Notes: generated by a model from the letters alone, not told the origin. 28,257 bases of DNA from Chlamydiota bacterium (GCA_016866585.1 VGMB01000001.1:1-28257), one strand, 5' to 3'; shown: positions 8,992 to 18,487, counted from the stretch's first letter. A program made the numbers and translations.

Positions 8992-9558
8992 ATGACCTCT
9001 GCTTGCTTTTCTGTACCTGTTATTGAACGTTTTCAAACGTCATCATGGGTAAAAAATGCTTTGATGGTTGTTGCTGGAAGCATTATTATTGGACTGTCTG
9101 CATATATTTCAGTTCCTTTACCGTTTACTCCAGTCCCTCTGGTTTTACAATGCCATATGGTTTTATTTATCGCGGCTTTACTTGGAAGTAAGAGAGGGTT
9201 CCTTGCTACTGCAGCCTTCATTGCACAGGGTGCACTAGGCCTTCCGGTTTTTGCTGGGGGAAAATGTGGCGTTCTTTGCCTTTTAGGCCCTACTGGCGGC
9301 TATCTCTTTGGATACCTAGCGGCTGCTTATGTTACAGGTTACCTTGTCGAAATGAGTAAGGAGAAAACTGTATCTAAGTCTGTAATGGCTATGTTTGTGG
9401 GTAATATAGTAATTTATTTATTCGGAATGTCATGGCTTTCCACATTTGTTGGAGTACCGTCCGCATTTGGTTTAGGTGTCGCTCCTTTCATTATCGGAGA
9501 CCTCTTAAAACTAATCTTATCTTCAAAAGCGCTTAAGCTATTTTCAAGATCTGTTTAA
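8992..9558 (+). CDS. bioY: Biotin transporter BioY (ECF S-component)
   Basis: 'PLPFTPVPLVLQ', 'GALGLPVFAGG', 'LLGPTGGYLFGY', 'IYLFGMSWL', 'PFIIGDLLK'. AAGGAG RBS. Confidence 0.93.
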   Translation: MTSACFSVPVIERFQTSSWVKNALMVVAGSIIIGLSAYISVPLPFTPVPLVLQCHMVLFIAALLGSKRGFLATAAFIAQGALGLPVFAGGKCGVLCLLGPTGGYLFGYLAAAYVTGYLVEMSKEKTVSKSVMAMFVGNIVIYLFGMSWLSTFVGVPSAFGLGVAPFIIGDLLKLILSSKALKLFSRSV

Positions 9559-9565
9559 TCTTTTT

Positions 9566-9605
9566 AACATCTCACAGTTATTATTCGTGCTGTGAGATGT
9601 TTTTC
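9566..9605 (+). terminator. Probable intrinsic terminator after bioY
   Basis: AACATCTCACAG / CTGTGAGATGTT perfect 12-bp stem with a 12-nt loop, running into a T tract, 7 nt after the stop. Confidence 0.6.
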
Positions 9606-9664
9606 CCATAATGTTGCTTTACATTTCTTTCAATCACAAAAAAAAATCTAATTTTGTCTATGCA

Positions 9665-9678
9665 ATTTATGCATAAAT
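9665..9678. promoter_or_regulatory. 14-bp perfect palindrome ATTTATGCATAAAT upstream of aas (possible operator)
   Basis: Self-complementary 14-mer 63 nt before the aas start. No cognate regulator identified. Confidence 0.25.
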
Positions 9679-9741
9679 ACCTTTACTTTCCTAAAAAAGA
9701 TTTGGCATCATGAACTTTATATTTTTAATCGGAGGAATTCT

Positions 9742-12450
9742 GTGGGACGACGATTTAAGCTTTTGATGGTTTTTCTTTTTATGGTTGCCAGGTTCCTATT
9801 AAGGGTTCGGTATAACGTAAAAGTTAAATATTTGACCCCAATCTCAAAAGATAAACCTATTCTTTTTCTTCCTAATCACCCTGCTGAAATCGATCCTATA
9901 CTTTTAATGGTCAACCTTGGCCCTAAATATTTTCCTAAACCTATGGTGGTTGAGCATTTTTATCGTTTAAAAGGTTTTCAATGGATCTTGGATATCGTTG
10001 GGGTTATTCCTATACCTACTATGGAAGAAAAGGCAAACATATGGAGAGGTAAAGAAGTTGCTAAAATATTGGCTGACGTTTCAAAACAAGTGAAAAATGG
10101 CGAGAATTTCGTTATTTATCCTGCTGGTAAACTAAAATCTACAGGTCGAGAGCAGATAGGCGGGGCATCTTTCGTGCACAATTTGCTGCAGGTCTGTCCA
10201 GATATGAATGTAGTCCTCGTAAGAACTACAGGTCTATGGGGTAGTAGCTTTTCAAAAGCGCCTACGGGAAGAAGCCCCGAATTTGGAAAGACATTGTTTA
10301 GAAATATCTGGAGTCTAATCAAAAGTGGAATCTTCTTTCTTCCCAAAAGGCATGTACTCATTGAAATTTCACAAGCTCCAGATACACTCCCTATAACAGC
10401 ACCTAGGGTTGTTTTTAATAAATTCCTTGAAGATTGGTATAATAATCATCCAGATCCAGGACCAGAACCTTTGAATTTAGTTTCATATAGTTGCTGGAAA
10501 GATCAGCTACTTTCAATGTCTCATGCAATTTCATCAGGATCACCAATTAATCATGTGACTGAAATCAATGTTCCTCCGGATGTCGAACATCAGATAAAAC
10601 TTGAAATTGCTTCCCTTGCGAAAGTAGATGCGGCTATTATCCATCGTAAGACACATTTATCGAATGATTTAGGATTGGACTCTTTGGATATTGCTAATCT
10701 TCATATTTATCTCGATAGGAAGTTTGATGTAATAGACTATTCTCCGGGAGATCTTTTAACAGTAGAAGATATTCTTTTAGTTGTATCTGGATCATTCCAA
10801 CGAAAAGATCAGCGTCAGATAAAAGAATCCTCGATACAAATGAAATTTAAATGGCCTAAAGAGCCTTTTAGAAAGCCAGTAAAAGCTCCTATGGGGAAAA
10901 CTATACCTGAAGCTTTTTTTAAGATTTGTGAATACATGGGTAATGCAGCTTCTATCAGTGACGCTAATTCGGGAGTACTAACCTACAAAAAGTTGAAAAT
11001 TGCAGCTTTAGTCTTATCTAAGAAAATTTCACGGTTGGAAGGTGATCGAATCGGCATAATGACACCAGCTTCTGTTGGAACTTACGTTACAATTCTAGCT
11101 TGTCTTTTAGCTAATAAGGTTCCGGTTATGTTGAATTGGACCACAGGCATGCGGGGATTAGATTATGCTAGCGACACTATAAAAATGAATTATGTTCTGA
11201 CTTCGAGATTGTTCTTAGACAAAGCAAACTTAAGGACACTCGGTAAAATTGAATCAAAATTAATATATTTAGAGGATATACGACATAGCATATCCTTTTT
11301 GGATAAAATAAAAGGATGGGTTCAAAGTTTTAAAAAAACAGAGAAATTATTAAGTGAGCTTGACCTGGATTTAAAATCGGCTTACGATCCAGCTGTAATT
11401 TTGTTTACCAGTGGAACAGAATCTCTTCCTAAAGCTGTTCCTTTATCACATGAAAATATACTTTTTAATCAAACATCAGGGTTGAGTTGTGTGAAGCTCA
11501 AAAGGTCTGATTCAGCTTATTGCGTTTTACCCCCCTTTCACTCGTTTGGATTTTCTATAACCGGACTTATGCCAATACTTATTGGGATTAGGGCTTTTTA
11601 TGCACCAGATCCTAATAATAGCAGGGGGATGGTCTCAGATATCAAAACTACAAAAGCCACAATTCTGTTTTGTGCTCCAAGTTTTATCCGTTCTATGTTT
11701 GCTGTGGCCGAACCTGAGGATTTAAAATCCTTAAGATTGATAGTTTCAGGAGCAGAGAAAGCAGTCCAAATTCAGGATTACATAGCTTTAAACTTGCCAA
11801 ATGCAACGTTTCTTGAAGGGTATGGAATCACAGAATGCTCGCCAGTTGTCACTATAGGAAGAGTCGGAGAGCCAATGTTTGGTGTAGGCAAACCCGTGCC
11901 TGGAGTCAAACTCACTATAGTTAATCCTGTTACTAAACAACGTCAGCTTGATTCAGAAGAAGGCGAAATATGTATACATGCGCCGAGTGTTTTCTCAGGA
12001 TACCTTAATCCTGGTCAAAATTCACCTTTTATAGAGATTGATGGTCTTAGATGGTACTTGTCTGGTGATATGGGATTTATTGATAACAAAGGAAATCTTA
12101 TTTTAACGGGAAGATTGAAAAGATTTGTAAAAGTCGGAGGCGAGATGATTAGTCTAGGTGGTTTAGAAGATGAAATAATTCATTTTGCATCTACTAAAGG
12201 TTTAGTTTCAAATGCAATTTCAACTAAGAATTTTGCTCTTTCTGTTAAAGAAAAAAATACAGATAAGCCAGAATTGATTCTTTTTTCCACTGTTCCGTTG
12301 ATAAGAGATGAAATTAATGCTTATTTGAAGGATGCCGGATGGGGAAGGATTATAAAAATTGCTGAAGTTAAAGAATTAGCAGAGATCCCCTTGACTGGTG
12401 TAGGTAAAACAGATTATCGTCTTCTGGATGAACAGTATTTATCAGGGTAA
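9742..12450 (+). CDS. aas: Aas-like fusion: lysophospholipid acyltransferase + acyl-carrier domain + acyl-ACP synthetase
   Basis: 'PNHPAEID' (HX4D), 'YPAG', ACP motif 'DLGLDSLD', AMP-binding 'FTSGTESLPK', 'GYGITECSP', 'SGDMG', 'GRLKRFVKVGGEMISL'. GGAGG RBS at 9731-9735 before the GTG. Confidence 0.9.
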   Translation: MGRRFKLLMVFLFMVARFLLRVRYNVKVKYLTPISKDKPILFLPNHPAEIDPILLMVNLGPKYFPKPMVVEHFYRLKGFQWILDIVGVIPIPTMEEKANIWRGKEVAKILADVSKQVKNGENFVIYPAGKLKSTGREQIGGASFVHNLLQVCPDMNVVLVRTTGLWGSSFSKAPTGRSPEFGKTLFRNIWSLIKSGIFFLPKRHVLIEISQAPDTLPITAPRVVFNKFLEDWYNNHPDPGPEPLNLVSYSCWKDQLLSMSHAISSGSPINHVTEINVPPDVEHQIKLEIASLAKVDAAIIHRKTHLSNDLGLDSLDIANLHIYLDRKFDVIDYSPGDLLTVEDILLVVSGSFQRKDQRQIKESSIQMKFKWPKEPFRKPVKAPMGKTIPEAFFKICEYMGNAASISDANSGVLTYKKLKIAALVLSKKISRLEGDRIGIMTPASVGTYVTILACLLANKVPVMLNWTTGMRGLDYASDTIKMNYVLTSRLFLDKANLRTLGKIESKLIYLEDIRHSISFLDKIKGWVQSFKKTEKLLSELDLDLKSAYDPAVILFTSGTESLPKAVPLSHENILFNQTSGLSCVKLKRSDSAYCVLPPFHSFGFSITGLMPILIGIRAFYAPDPNNSRGMVSDIKTTKATILFCAPSFIRSMFAVAEPEDLKSLRLIVSGAEKAVQIQDYIALNLPNATFLEGYGITECSPVVTIGRVGEPMFGVGKPVPGVKLTIVNPVTKQRQLDSEEGEICIHAPSVFSGYLNPGQNSPFIEIDGLRWYLSGDMGFIDNKGNLILTGRLKRFVKVGGEMISLGGLEDEIIHFASTKGLVSNAISTKNFALSVKEKNTDKPELILFSTVPLIRDEINAYLKDAGWGRIIKIAEVKELAEIPLTGVGKTDYRLLDEQYLSG

Positions 12451-12452
12451 TC

Positions 12453-13880
12453 ATGGACAAAGAACCTCAAAAATTAGTTTTATTTAATACAGAAACCAGA
12501 ACAAAACAGCCAGTAATACCACAAAATGGTCATACCATTATGATGTATACATGCGGTCCAACTGTTTATAATTTTGCCCACATTGGAAATTTTCGAACTT
12601 ATGTTTTTGAAGACATTTTAAGAAGAACCATCAAATTTTTCGGTATGGGAATCAATCAAGTGATGAACTTAACTGATATTGATGATAAAACTTTGAAAGG
12701 TGCTATCGAAAATAATACAACGCTAAAAGATTTTACCGAACCTTTTATTAAATCATTTTTTGAAGATTTGGATGCTTTAGGCATTGAAAGAGCCGAAGCT
12801 TATCCTGCGGCTACAAATTATATTGATGAGATGATTAAAATTATTCAACAGCTTGTTGATAACGGTGTTGCATATCAAGGTGGTGAAGGTAGTATATACT
12901 TTTCTATCAAAAAATTCCCAAAGTACGGAAGATTATCCCATTTAAAACTTGATGAATTAGAGGCCGGGGCTTCTGATCGAATTGCTGCTGATGACTATGA
13001 TAAAGAACAGGTTAGTGACTTTGTTCTATGGAAGGCATATGATCCTGAAAGAGATGGTGAAATTTTTTGGGATAGTCCTTTTGGTAAAGGTAGACCTGGA
13101 TGGCATATTGAATGCTCTGCTATGGCTATGAAAATCCTTGGCCAAACGATAGATATACATGTCGGTGGGATTGATAATATGTTTCCTCATCATGAAAATG
13201 AAATTGCTCAGTGCGAAGCATGCACAGGAAAAACCTTTGTAAATCATTGGTTACATTCTGAACATCTTCTTGTAGATCACAAAAAAATGTCCAAAAGACT
13301 AGGTAATTTCTACACACTTAGAGATCTGCTTTCCAAAGGGTTTACGGGTAGAGAAGTTCGCTATTCTTTATTGCAAACACATTATAGAATGCAACTAAAT
13401 TTTACATTCCAAGGTCTTGAAGCAGCACGAAATTCTCTAGATAGATTAGATGCTTTTATTCGAAGAGTAAAAGATGTTAAAATTGAGGGCATTTTTTCCT
13501 TGGTTCAGCCTATCATAGATCGACTCCAAGGGGCATTTGCTTCTGCTATGGCTGATGATTTAAATATCTCTGTTGCCCTTGCATCGGTATTTGATGCGAT
13601 CAGAGAGTTTAATGTGCTTTTAGATGCTTCAAAAATTTCTTCGGAAGATGCATGTAAGATAATAAATGTATTTAAAAGTTTAAATTCTGTTTTGGGCGTT
13701 ATTATATTTGAGGAGGAGGACTTTGTTCCTCAGGATTTACAAGAAGCTTTAGAATCTAGGCAAAGAGCTCGTGCAGAAAAAAATTGGAAAGAGGCTGATC
13801 ATTACAGAAACTATATTCTTTCTCAAGGATATGAAATAGATGATACTCCTAGTGGTGCTCGTCTTAAAAAGAAAAGGTAA
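12453..13880 (+). CDS. cysS: Cysteine--tRNA ligase
   Basis: 'YTCGPTVY...HIGNFR', 'GRPGWHIECSAM', 'FPHHENE', 'KMSKR'. Confidence 0.98.
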   Translation: MDKEPQKLVLFNTETRTKQPVIPQNGHTIMMYTCGPTVYNFAHIGNFRTYVFEDILRRTIKFFGMGINQVMNLTDIDDKTLKGAIENNTTLKDFTEPFIKSFFEDLDALGIERAEAYPAATNYIDEMIKIIQQLVDNGVAYQGGEGSIYFSIKKFPKYGRLSHLKLDELEAGASDRIAADDYDKEQVSDFVLWKAYDPERDGEIFWDSPFGKGRPGWHIECSAMAMKILGQTIDIHVGGIDNMFPHHENEIAQCEACTGKTFVNHWLHSEHLLVDHKKMSKRLGNFYTLRDLLSKGFTGREVRYSLLQTHYRMQLNFTFQGLEAARNSLDRLDAFIRRVKDVKIEGIFSLVQPIIDRLQGAFASAMADDLNISVALASVFDAIREFNVLLDASKISSEDACKIINVFKSLNSVLGVIIFEEEDFVPQDLQEALESRQRARAEKNWKEADHYRNYILSQGYEIDDTPSGARLKKKR

Positions 13881-13884
13881 TTTG

Positions 13885-14136
13885 ATGAAAAAAAGTATAA
13901 CTAGAGATGAGCTTTATCTAATTAAGGTTTTAGAGCTTGCGATCAAGCTTGGGGATTATTTTGAGGAAGTAGACCGCTACGCCGTAGGTCAGTCTATGGG
14001 ACAAAATAATAAAAGTGTCGATAATATTGTTAGAATGTTAGCTCAAACGAATTTCGTTAAGAAAGGAGATGGGGACAACATTTTTTTAACACCGCAAGGT
14101 CTTAAATATGTCGAAACTCTAAAGGAAACTAGTTAA
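13885..14136 (+). CDS. Small winged-helix-like hypothetical protein
   Basis: ATG 13885, 4 nt after the cysS stop (preferred over the overlapping 13840 start). 'VDNIVRMLAQTNFVKK...IFLTPQG' resembles a wHTH recognition helix and wing. Confidence 0.6.
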   Translation: MKKSITRDELYLIKVLELAIKLGDYFEEVDRYAVGQSMGQNNKSVDNIVRMLAQTNFVKKGDGDNIFLTPQGLKYVETLKETS

Positions 14137-14168
14137 ATAAAAGGGCCTGTTGCCAGGCCCTTTTATTT
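14135..14168. terminator. Bidirectional intrinsic terminator between convergent genes
   Basis: AAATAAAAGGGCCTG-TTGC-CAGGCCCTTTTATTT: perfect 15-bp inverted repeat with a GC core and U-tails on both strands, spanning from one stop codon to the other. Confidence 0.88.
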
Positions 14169-15739
14169 TATTTTTCTTCAGGCTTCATGATAGGGAAAAA
14201 AAGTACGTCCCTAATTGAATGAGCACTTGTAAATAGCATAACAAGTCTATCTAGCCCAATTCCAAGACCGCCTGTTGGTGGCATACCTTGGCATATAGAC
14301 TCGATAAATTCTTCGTCTAAAGGATTGGCTTCTTCGTCTCCCGCTTCTTTTTTTCTAGCTTGATCTTCAAGAAGTTCTCTTTGAAGAACTGGATCATTTA
14401 GCTCGGAGTATGAATTGCAAAACTCGTTGCCTAAGATAAATGTTTCAAATCTTTCTACAAATCGCTCTTTTCTTAGGATAGGATCTCTATGCAGTTTACA
14501 AAGAGGAGTAGTTTCAATAGGATGATCAATTATGTGGTGAGGTTGTATTAGATGCTCTTCAACAAATTCCTCGAATAGTAGCTGTATTAGGATCCCTCTA
14601 GGAGCATTTTTAAGCTTTTCTTCCTCAACACCCTCTTTTCGCAGAATCTCTGTCATCTCTTTTTCCGATAGAGTGTCTACGTCGATTTTTCCATATTCTT
14701 TTATACTTGATTTCATGCTCATTCTCTTCCAAGGAGCCTTCACATCAACTGTAATTTCTTCTTCAGAGTCTTCTTTTTTATAGTGTAGCTTAGTGGTTCC
14801 ATAGAGACTTAAAGCAATTTGTTCAAAAAGATTTTCAGTGAAAGACATCATATCATTGTAGTCCCAGTATGAAGCATAAGCCTCAAGCATAGTAAATTCA
14901 GGATTATGTGTTTTATCAATCCCTTCATTTCTAAATACTTTACCTATTTCATAAACTTTATCGAAACCACCTACAATCAACTTTTTTAAAGGAAGTTCTA
15001 GTGAAATTCTTAGGAACATCTCTTGGTCAAGAGCGTTTAAGTGGGTGGTGAAGGGTCTGGCTTGCGCTCCTCCGTACATGTTTTGTAGTACTGGAGTTTC
15101 AACTTCCATAAAGCCTATTTTTTCAAAATATTCTCTTATTAGACGAAAAATTTTTGATCGTTTTTGAAATGTAGAAATAGTGTCGTTATTAGAAATAAGA
15201 TCTAGCCATCGTTTTCTGTAGCGAACACCTTTGTCTGATAAACCACTATGTTTGTCTGGCAGTGGGAGTAAGGTTTTGCATAGAAGGGTGATTTTTTTTG
15301 CAAATACAGTGAGTTCACCTTTTTGCGTGAAGAAAAGATTTCCTTCAACACCAATAATATCACCAAGATCTAATTTTTTTTCGATGAATTTAATGTCAGT
15401 GATATCAGGAGAATCAAGTCCTTCAACTTTAGTTAGGTCTCGATTAAACATTATTTGAATTCTTCCGGATTCATCTTGAATATGCCCGAAAGCATTCTTT
15501 CCCATCGCTCTAAAAAGAACTAGTCTTCCTGCTACTTTTACCGAAGGAGTTTTGCATTCAGCCGCATCTTCACTATGGCCAAGTTCTTTTCCCTCGAACT
15601 TTTTATTAAGTTCTCCTGCTTGTGCTTCGGGTTGATATTTTGCTGGATATGGTTCTATACCAAGCGATTGTATTTCTGAAAGTTTTTGAGATCTATTCCG
15701 GAACTCCTCGTAGGAGTGGTATTCTGGTTGGATTGTCAT
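14168..15739 (-). CDS. lysS: Lysine--tRNA ligase (class II)
   Basis: 'VAGRLVLFRAMGKNAF', 'RYRKRWLDL', 'FMEVETP', 'YEIGKVFRNEG', 'HNPEFTMLEAY', 'GMPPTGGLGIGLDRL'. Confidence 0.98.
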   Translation of the reverse strand: MTIQPEYHSYEEFRNRSQKLSEIQSLGIEPYPAKYQPEAQAGELNKKFEGKELGHSEDAAECKTPSVKVAGRLVLFRAMGKNAFGHIQDESGRIQIMFNRDLTKVEGLDSPDITDIKFIEKKLDLGDIIGVEGNLFFTQKGELTVFAKKITLLCKTLLPLPDKHSGLSDKGVRYRKRWLDLISNNDTISTFQKRSKIFRLIREYFEKIGFMEVETPVLQNMYGGAQARPFTTHLNALDQEMFLRISLELPLKKLIVGGFDKVYEIGKVFRNEGIDKTHNPEFTMLEAYASYWDYNDMMSFTENLFEQIALSLYGTTKLHYKKEDSEEEITVDVKAPWKRMSMKSSIKEYGKIDVDTLSEKEMTEILRKEGVEEEKLKNAPRGILIQLLFEEFVEEHLIQPHHIIDHPIETTPLCKLHRDPILRKERFVERFETFILGNEFCNSYSELNDPVLQRELLEDQARKKEAGDEEANPLDEEFIESICQGMPPTGGLGIGLDRLVMLFTSAHSIRDVLFFPIMKPEEK

Positions 15740-15784
15740 AGTGTTGCTTTAACTTATATTTGTTTGTATTGTGTTATCCTTGGT

Positions 15785-15813
15785 ATTTTAAGATTTTTTC
15801 ATGTTATCTGCAA
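15785..15813 (-). promoter_or_regulatory. Candidate sigma70/sigma66 promoter for lysS
   Basis: Minus strand reads TTGCAG-N17-TAAAAT, with the -10 box 45 nt upstream of the lysS ATG. Confidence 0.5.
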
Positions 15814-15852
15814 GGTGATGCTAAAAGTGTTGAAATTATATAGACTAATTTT

Positions 15853-16473
15853 TTAGTTTTTGGGTTGTATTCCTATTGTTGAATTGTTTGAAAATTGCTC
15901 ATCTAAAGCAATATTAAGCTCTAAAACATTTACGTGGGAGAATCCAGATATCCAGGAGCTATGACTGTAATTTTCGACAATTCTAAAGATCTCTTCCTTC
16001 GTAACGTTACGTTCTTTAGCTATGCGGTCACATTGAAGTCTGGCATTTTCTGTACTTATATGAGGATCTAGACCACTAGCAGAAGATGTTACAGCATCTG
16101 CAGGTATAGGTATGCTTTGTCCAAGGCCGTTTAATTTTCTATATTTTTCACACTCGGTTGATATTACGTTTAAGAGAATTTTTGAAGATGGTCCTAGACT
16201 GCTTCCATTTGAATCACATCCATCGTAACCATATGCTCCAGCATAAGATATCCTGGGGTGAAAGTACTTCAAAGAAGAAAAGTTTTGGCCTATTAGCTTA
16301 GATCCTACAAATTTTCCTTCTTTATTCTTAATTAAGGATCCTTCTGACTGATCTTTAAATAAAACGACTGCAATTCCTCGTATAAATAATGGATATATAA
16401 TTCCAATTAGTAAAGTAAGGAAAAGTAATATCTTTATGCTTGGGATCACATGCTCATGTATAAAATGTTTCAT
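15853..16473 (-). CDS. kdpC: K+-transporting ATPase subunit C
   Basis: N-terminal TM 'LLIGIIYPLFI', 'GSKLIGQNF...YFHPR', 'PADAVTSSASGLDPHIS', 'VNVLELNIALD'. Confidence 0.93.
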   Translation of the reverse strand: MKHFIHEHVIPSIKILLFLTLLIGIIYPLFIRGIAVVLFKDQSEGSLIKNKEGKFVGSKLIGQNFSSLKYFHPRISYAGAYGYDGCDSNGSSLGPSSKILLNVISTECEKYRKLNGLGQSIPIPADAVTSSASGLDPHISTENARLQCDRIAKERNVTKEEIFRIVENYSHSSWISGFSHVNVLELNIALDEQFSNNSTIGIQPKN

Positions 16474-16474
16474 A

Positions 16475-18478
16475 TTACCGTATAAAAAATGATAAAATAT
16501 AATCGATGGTCTTTATTAAAAATATTGGTGTTATGATTCCACCTAATCCGTAAACAATTATGTTTCTATTTAATGTGTATCTAGATGCCTTTGCTTTTAT
16601 TTTTACCCCACGTATAGATACCGGAATCAAAAATAAAATCATTATTGCATTAAATATTATTACGCTAAGAATAGCGCTTGCAGGGGAAGAAAACTCTAGA
16701 AGTTGGATTTTTGGAGCCATCAATACATGATTAGAAAAAATTGATGGGATCATGATGAAAAATTTAGAAAGGTCTGTGGCTATAGAAAATGTTGTAATAG
16801 ATCCACGCGTAACAAACATTTGTTTACCGATTTTAATTATTTCAGCAAGTTTTGACGGATCTGAATCTAAATCGATCAGACCTGCAACTTCTTGTGCTTC
16901 GTAAGATCCATCATGCATGGAAAGGCTAAAGTCTGCGGCATCTAAAGCCTTTCTATCATTGATTCCATCGCCTATCATTCCTACGATGTATCCTTCATCC
17001 TGTTTGTTTCGTATCATGTTTAACTTATCATCAGAAGAAAGCTGTCCTTGAAAGGTGTTTATTGAAAGCTCATTAGCCACATATCTTGTTGCGCTATTTG
17101 TATCTCCTGACAAAAGAATAGGTTCTACTCCCATTCTTTTTATTTCTTCAATGTTCTCTTGTAAGTTTGCTTTGATTTCTTCTTTGAAATGAATGATACC
17201 ATAGATTTTTTCTTGAGATGCTATCAGAATGGGAGTTTCTCCTTTTTCTCTGATTGATTGTATACAGTAAGATAGATCTGTAGAAATAGCTTCTTTACAA
17301 AATGTAGATATCTTTTCAACAGTCCCTTTGCGAAATGATTTATCTCCTATATCTATACCACTTAGCCCAGAATATGCAGAGTAGGGTATTGGTGTACTTA
17401 GTTTAGGTGGGGAATGTATGGAATTTGGAAACTTAGTTTTAAGAAATTCTATGATACTTTTGTTTTCTTTAGATGTATCAGAAAGGGAACAATAATAACA
17501 TTTTTCAAGAAACTCATCTTCAGAGATATCTAAACTTGGTGTGATCTCTGATGCAAATCTTCCTTGATGTGTCATTGTTCCAGTTTTATCAAAATAAATG
17601 ACATCGATAGCACCTGCGGCTTCTATTGCTGAACTGCTTGAGGCGAGAATATTTAACGATAGAAGCCTACTTATATTTGCTGTTTTTATGGAGTGAAGTA
17701 AACCTGCAATCGTTGTTGGAATAAGACAAACCATAAAAGCAATTTGCTCTGATAATAAGATAGTGACATTGTAGTATTTGCAACAAAATTGAAAGGTTGT
17801 GATTACTATAATAAATAAAAGAGATAATGCTGATAATAGCAATGAAATTGTTATGTCGTTTTTCGATTTTTTTTTGCTAATAGTATTTAATGTAAATAAC
17901 CCATTTTTTATATCTCTTACAATTGAGTGTGAAATGACTTTTATAATTATTTGATCCGAAATAACCTTGCTACCTGCATAGACTATATTTTCATTTTGTT
18001 TAAATGTTTTTATTACAGGTTCCGTAGAGCCATTGACAAATGACTCATCTATTAGAGCAGTGCCTTCTTGAATTTCTCCATCAGATGGTATGAATTCACC
18101 TTTACTAATAACACAGAGATCGCCTTGCCGTAGATCAAAAATTGAAACTGATTGATACGTGCCATCCTCAGAGATTTTTTGAGTTTTTAGTTTAAATTTT
18201 AGATGTGTGACTATTTTTAGTTGTTTACTACCTAAGTATTCTGAACAACTGTCTGCAAAATTTGAAAAAATTACTGTTGCCCATAGAGCTATTGAAACAT
18301 ATTCAGAAAATGTTGGATTCGATCCTATATTGAATATAGCTTGTAAGCTCGTTATTATTGCAAATATCTCTGTAATGAAAATTACGGGATTAAAAAATAA
18401 TGTGAACGGATTTAATTTTCTAATCGCGTTTGCTGTTATTATTAGTGTTGAAATTATTCCGTTTTTCATCTTATTCAT
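16475..18478 (-). CDS. kdpB: K+-transporting P-type ATPase subunit B, divergent (TGES motif replaced by NGST)
   Basis: 'KLNP...NPVIF', 'VCLIPTTIAGLL', 'DKTGT', 'RKGT', 'SGD', 'GDGIND', 'RGSITTFSIATDLSKFF', 'SAILSVIIFNA'. Confidence 0.92.
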   Translation of the reverse strand: MNKMKNGIISTLIITANAIRKLNPFTLFFNPVIFITEIFAIITSLQAIFNIGSNPTFSEYVSIALWATVIFSNFADSCSEYLGSKQLKIVTHLKFKLKTQKISEDGTYQSVSIFDLRQGDLCVISKGEFIPSDGEIQEGTALIDESFVNGSTEPVIKTFKQNENIVYAGSKVISDQIIIKVISHSIVRDIKNGLFTLNTISKKKSKNDITISLLLSALSLLFIIVITTFQFCCKYYNVTILLSEQIAFMVCLIPTTIAGLLHSIKTANISRLLSLNILASSSSAIEAAGAIDVIYFDKTGTMTHQGRFASEITPSLDISEDEFLEKCYYCSLSDTSKENKSIIEFLKTKFPNSIHSPPKLSTPIPYSAYSGLSGIDIGDKSFRKGTVEKISTFCKEAISTDLSYCIQSIREKGETPILIASQEKIYGIIHFKEEIKANLQENIEEIKRMGVEPILLSGDTNSATRYVANELSINTFQGQLSSDDKLNMIRNKQDEGYIVGMIGDGINDRKALDAADFSLSMHDGSYEAQEVAGLIDLDSDPSKLAEIIKIGKQMFVTRGSITTFSIATDLSKFFIMIPSIFSNHVLMAPKIQLLEFSSPASAILSVIIFNAIMILFLIPVSIRGVKIKAKASRYTLNRNIIVYGLGGIITPIFLIKTIDYILSFFIR

Positions 18479-18487
18479 TATTATTCT

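Noticed and set aside
1972-13317. Short antisense or alternate-frame ORFs in the track (1972-2166, 3211-3417, 3862-4089, 3966-4172, 5195-5377, 5923-6117, 6071-6259, 7011-7232, 7733-8014, 9033-9221, 10116-10361, 13026-13247, 13126-13317)
   Set aside because: 60-93-aa shadows within well-supported genes, with no motifs.
13840-13884. Upstream start of the small wHTH ORF
   Set aside because: Overlaps cysS by 41 nt; ATG 13885 just after the cysS stop is more parsimonious.
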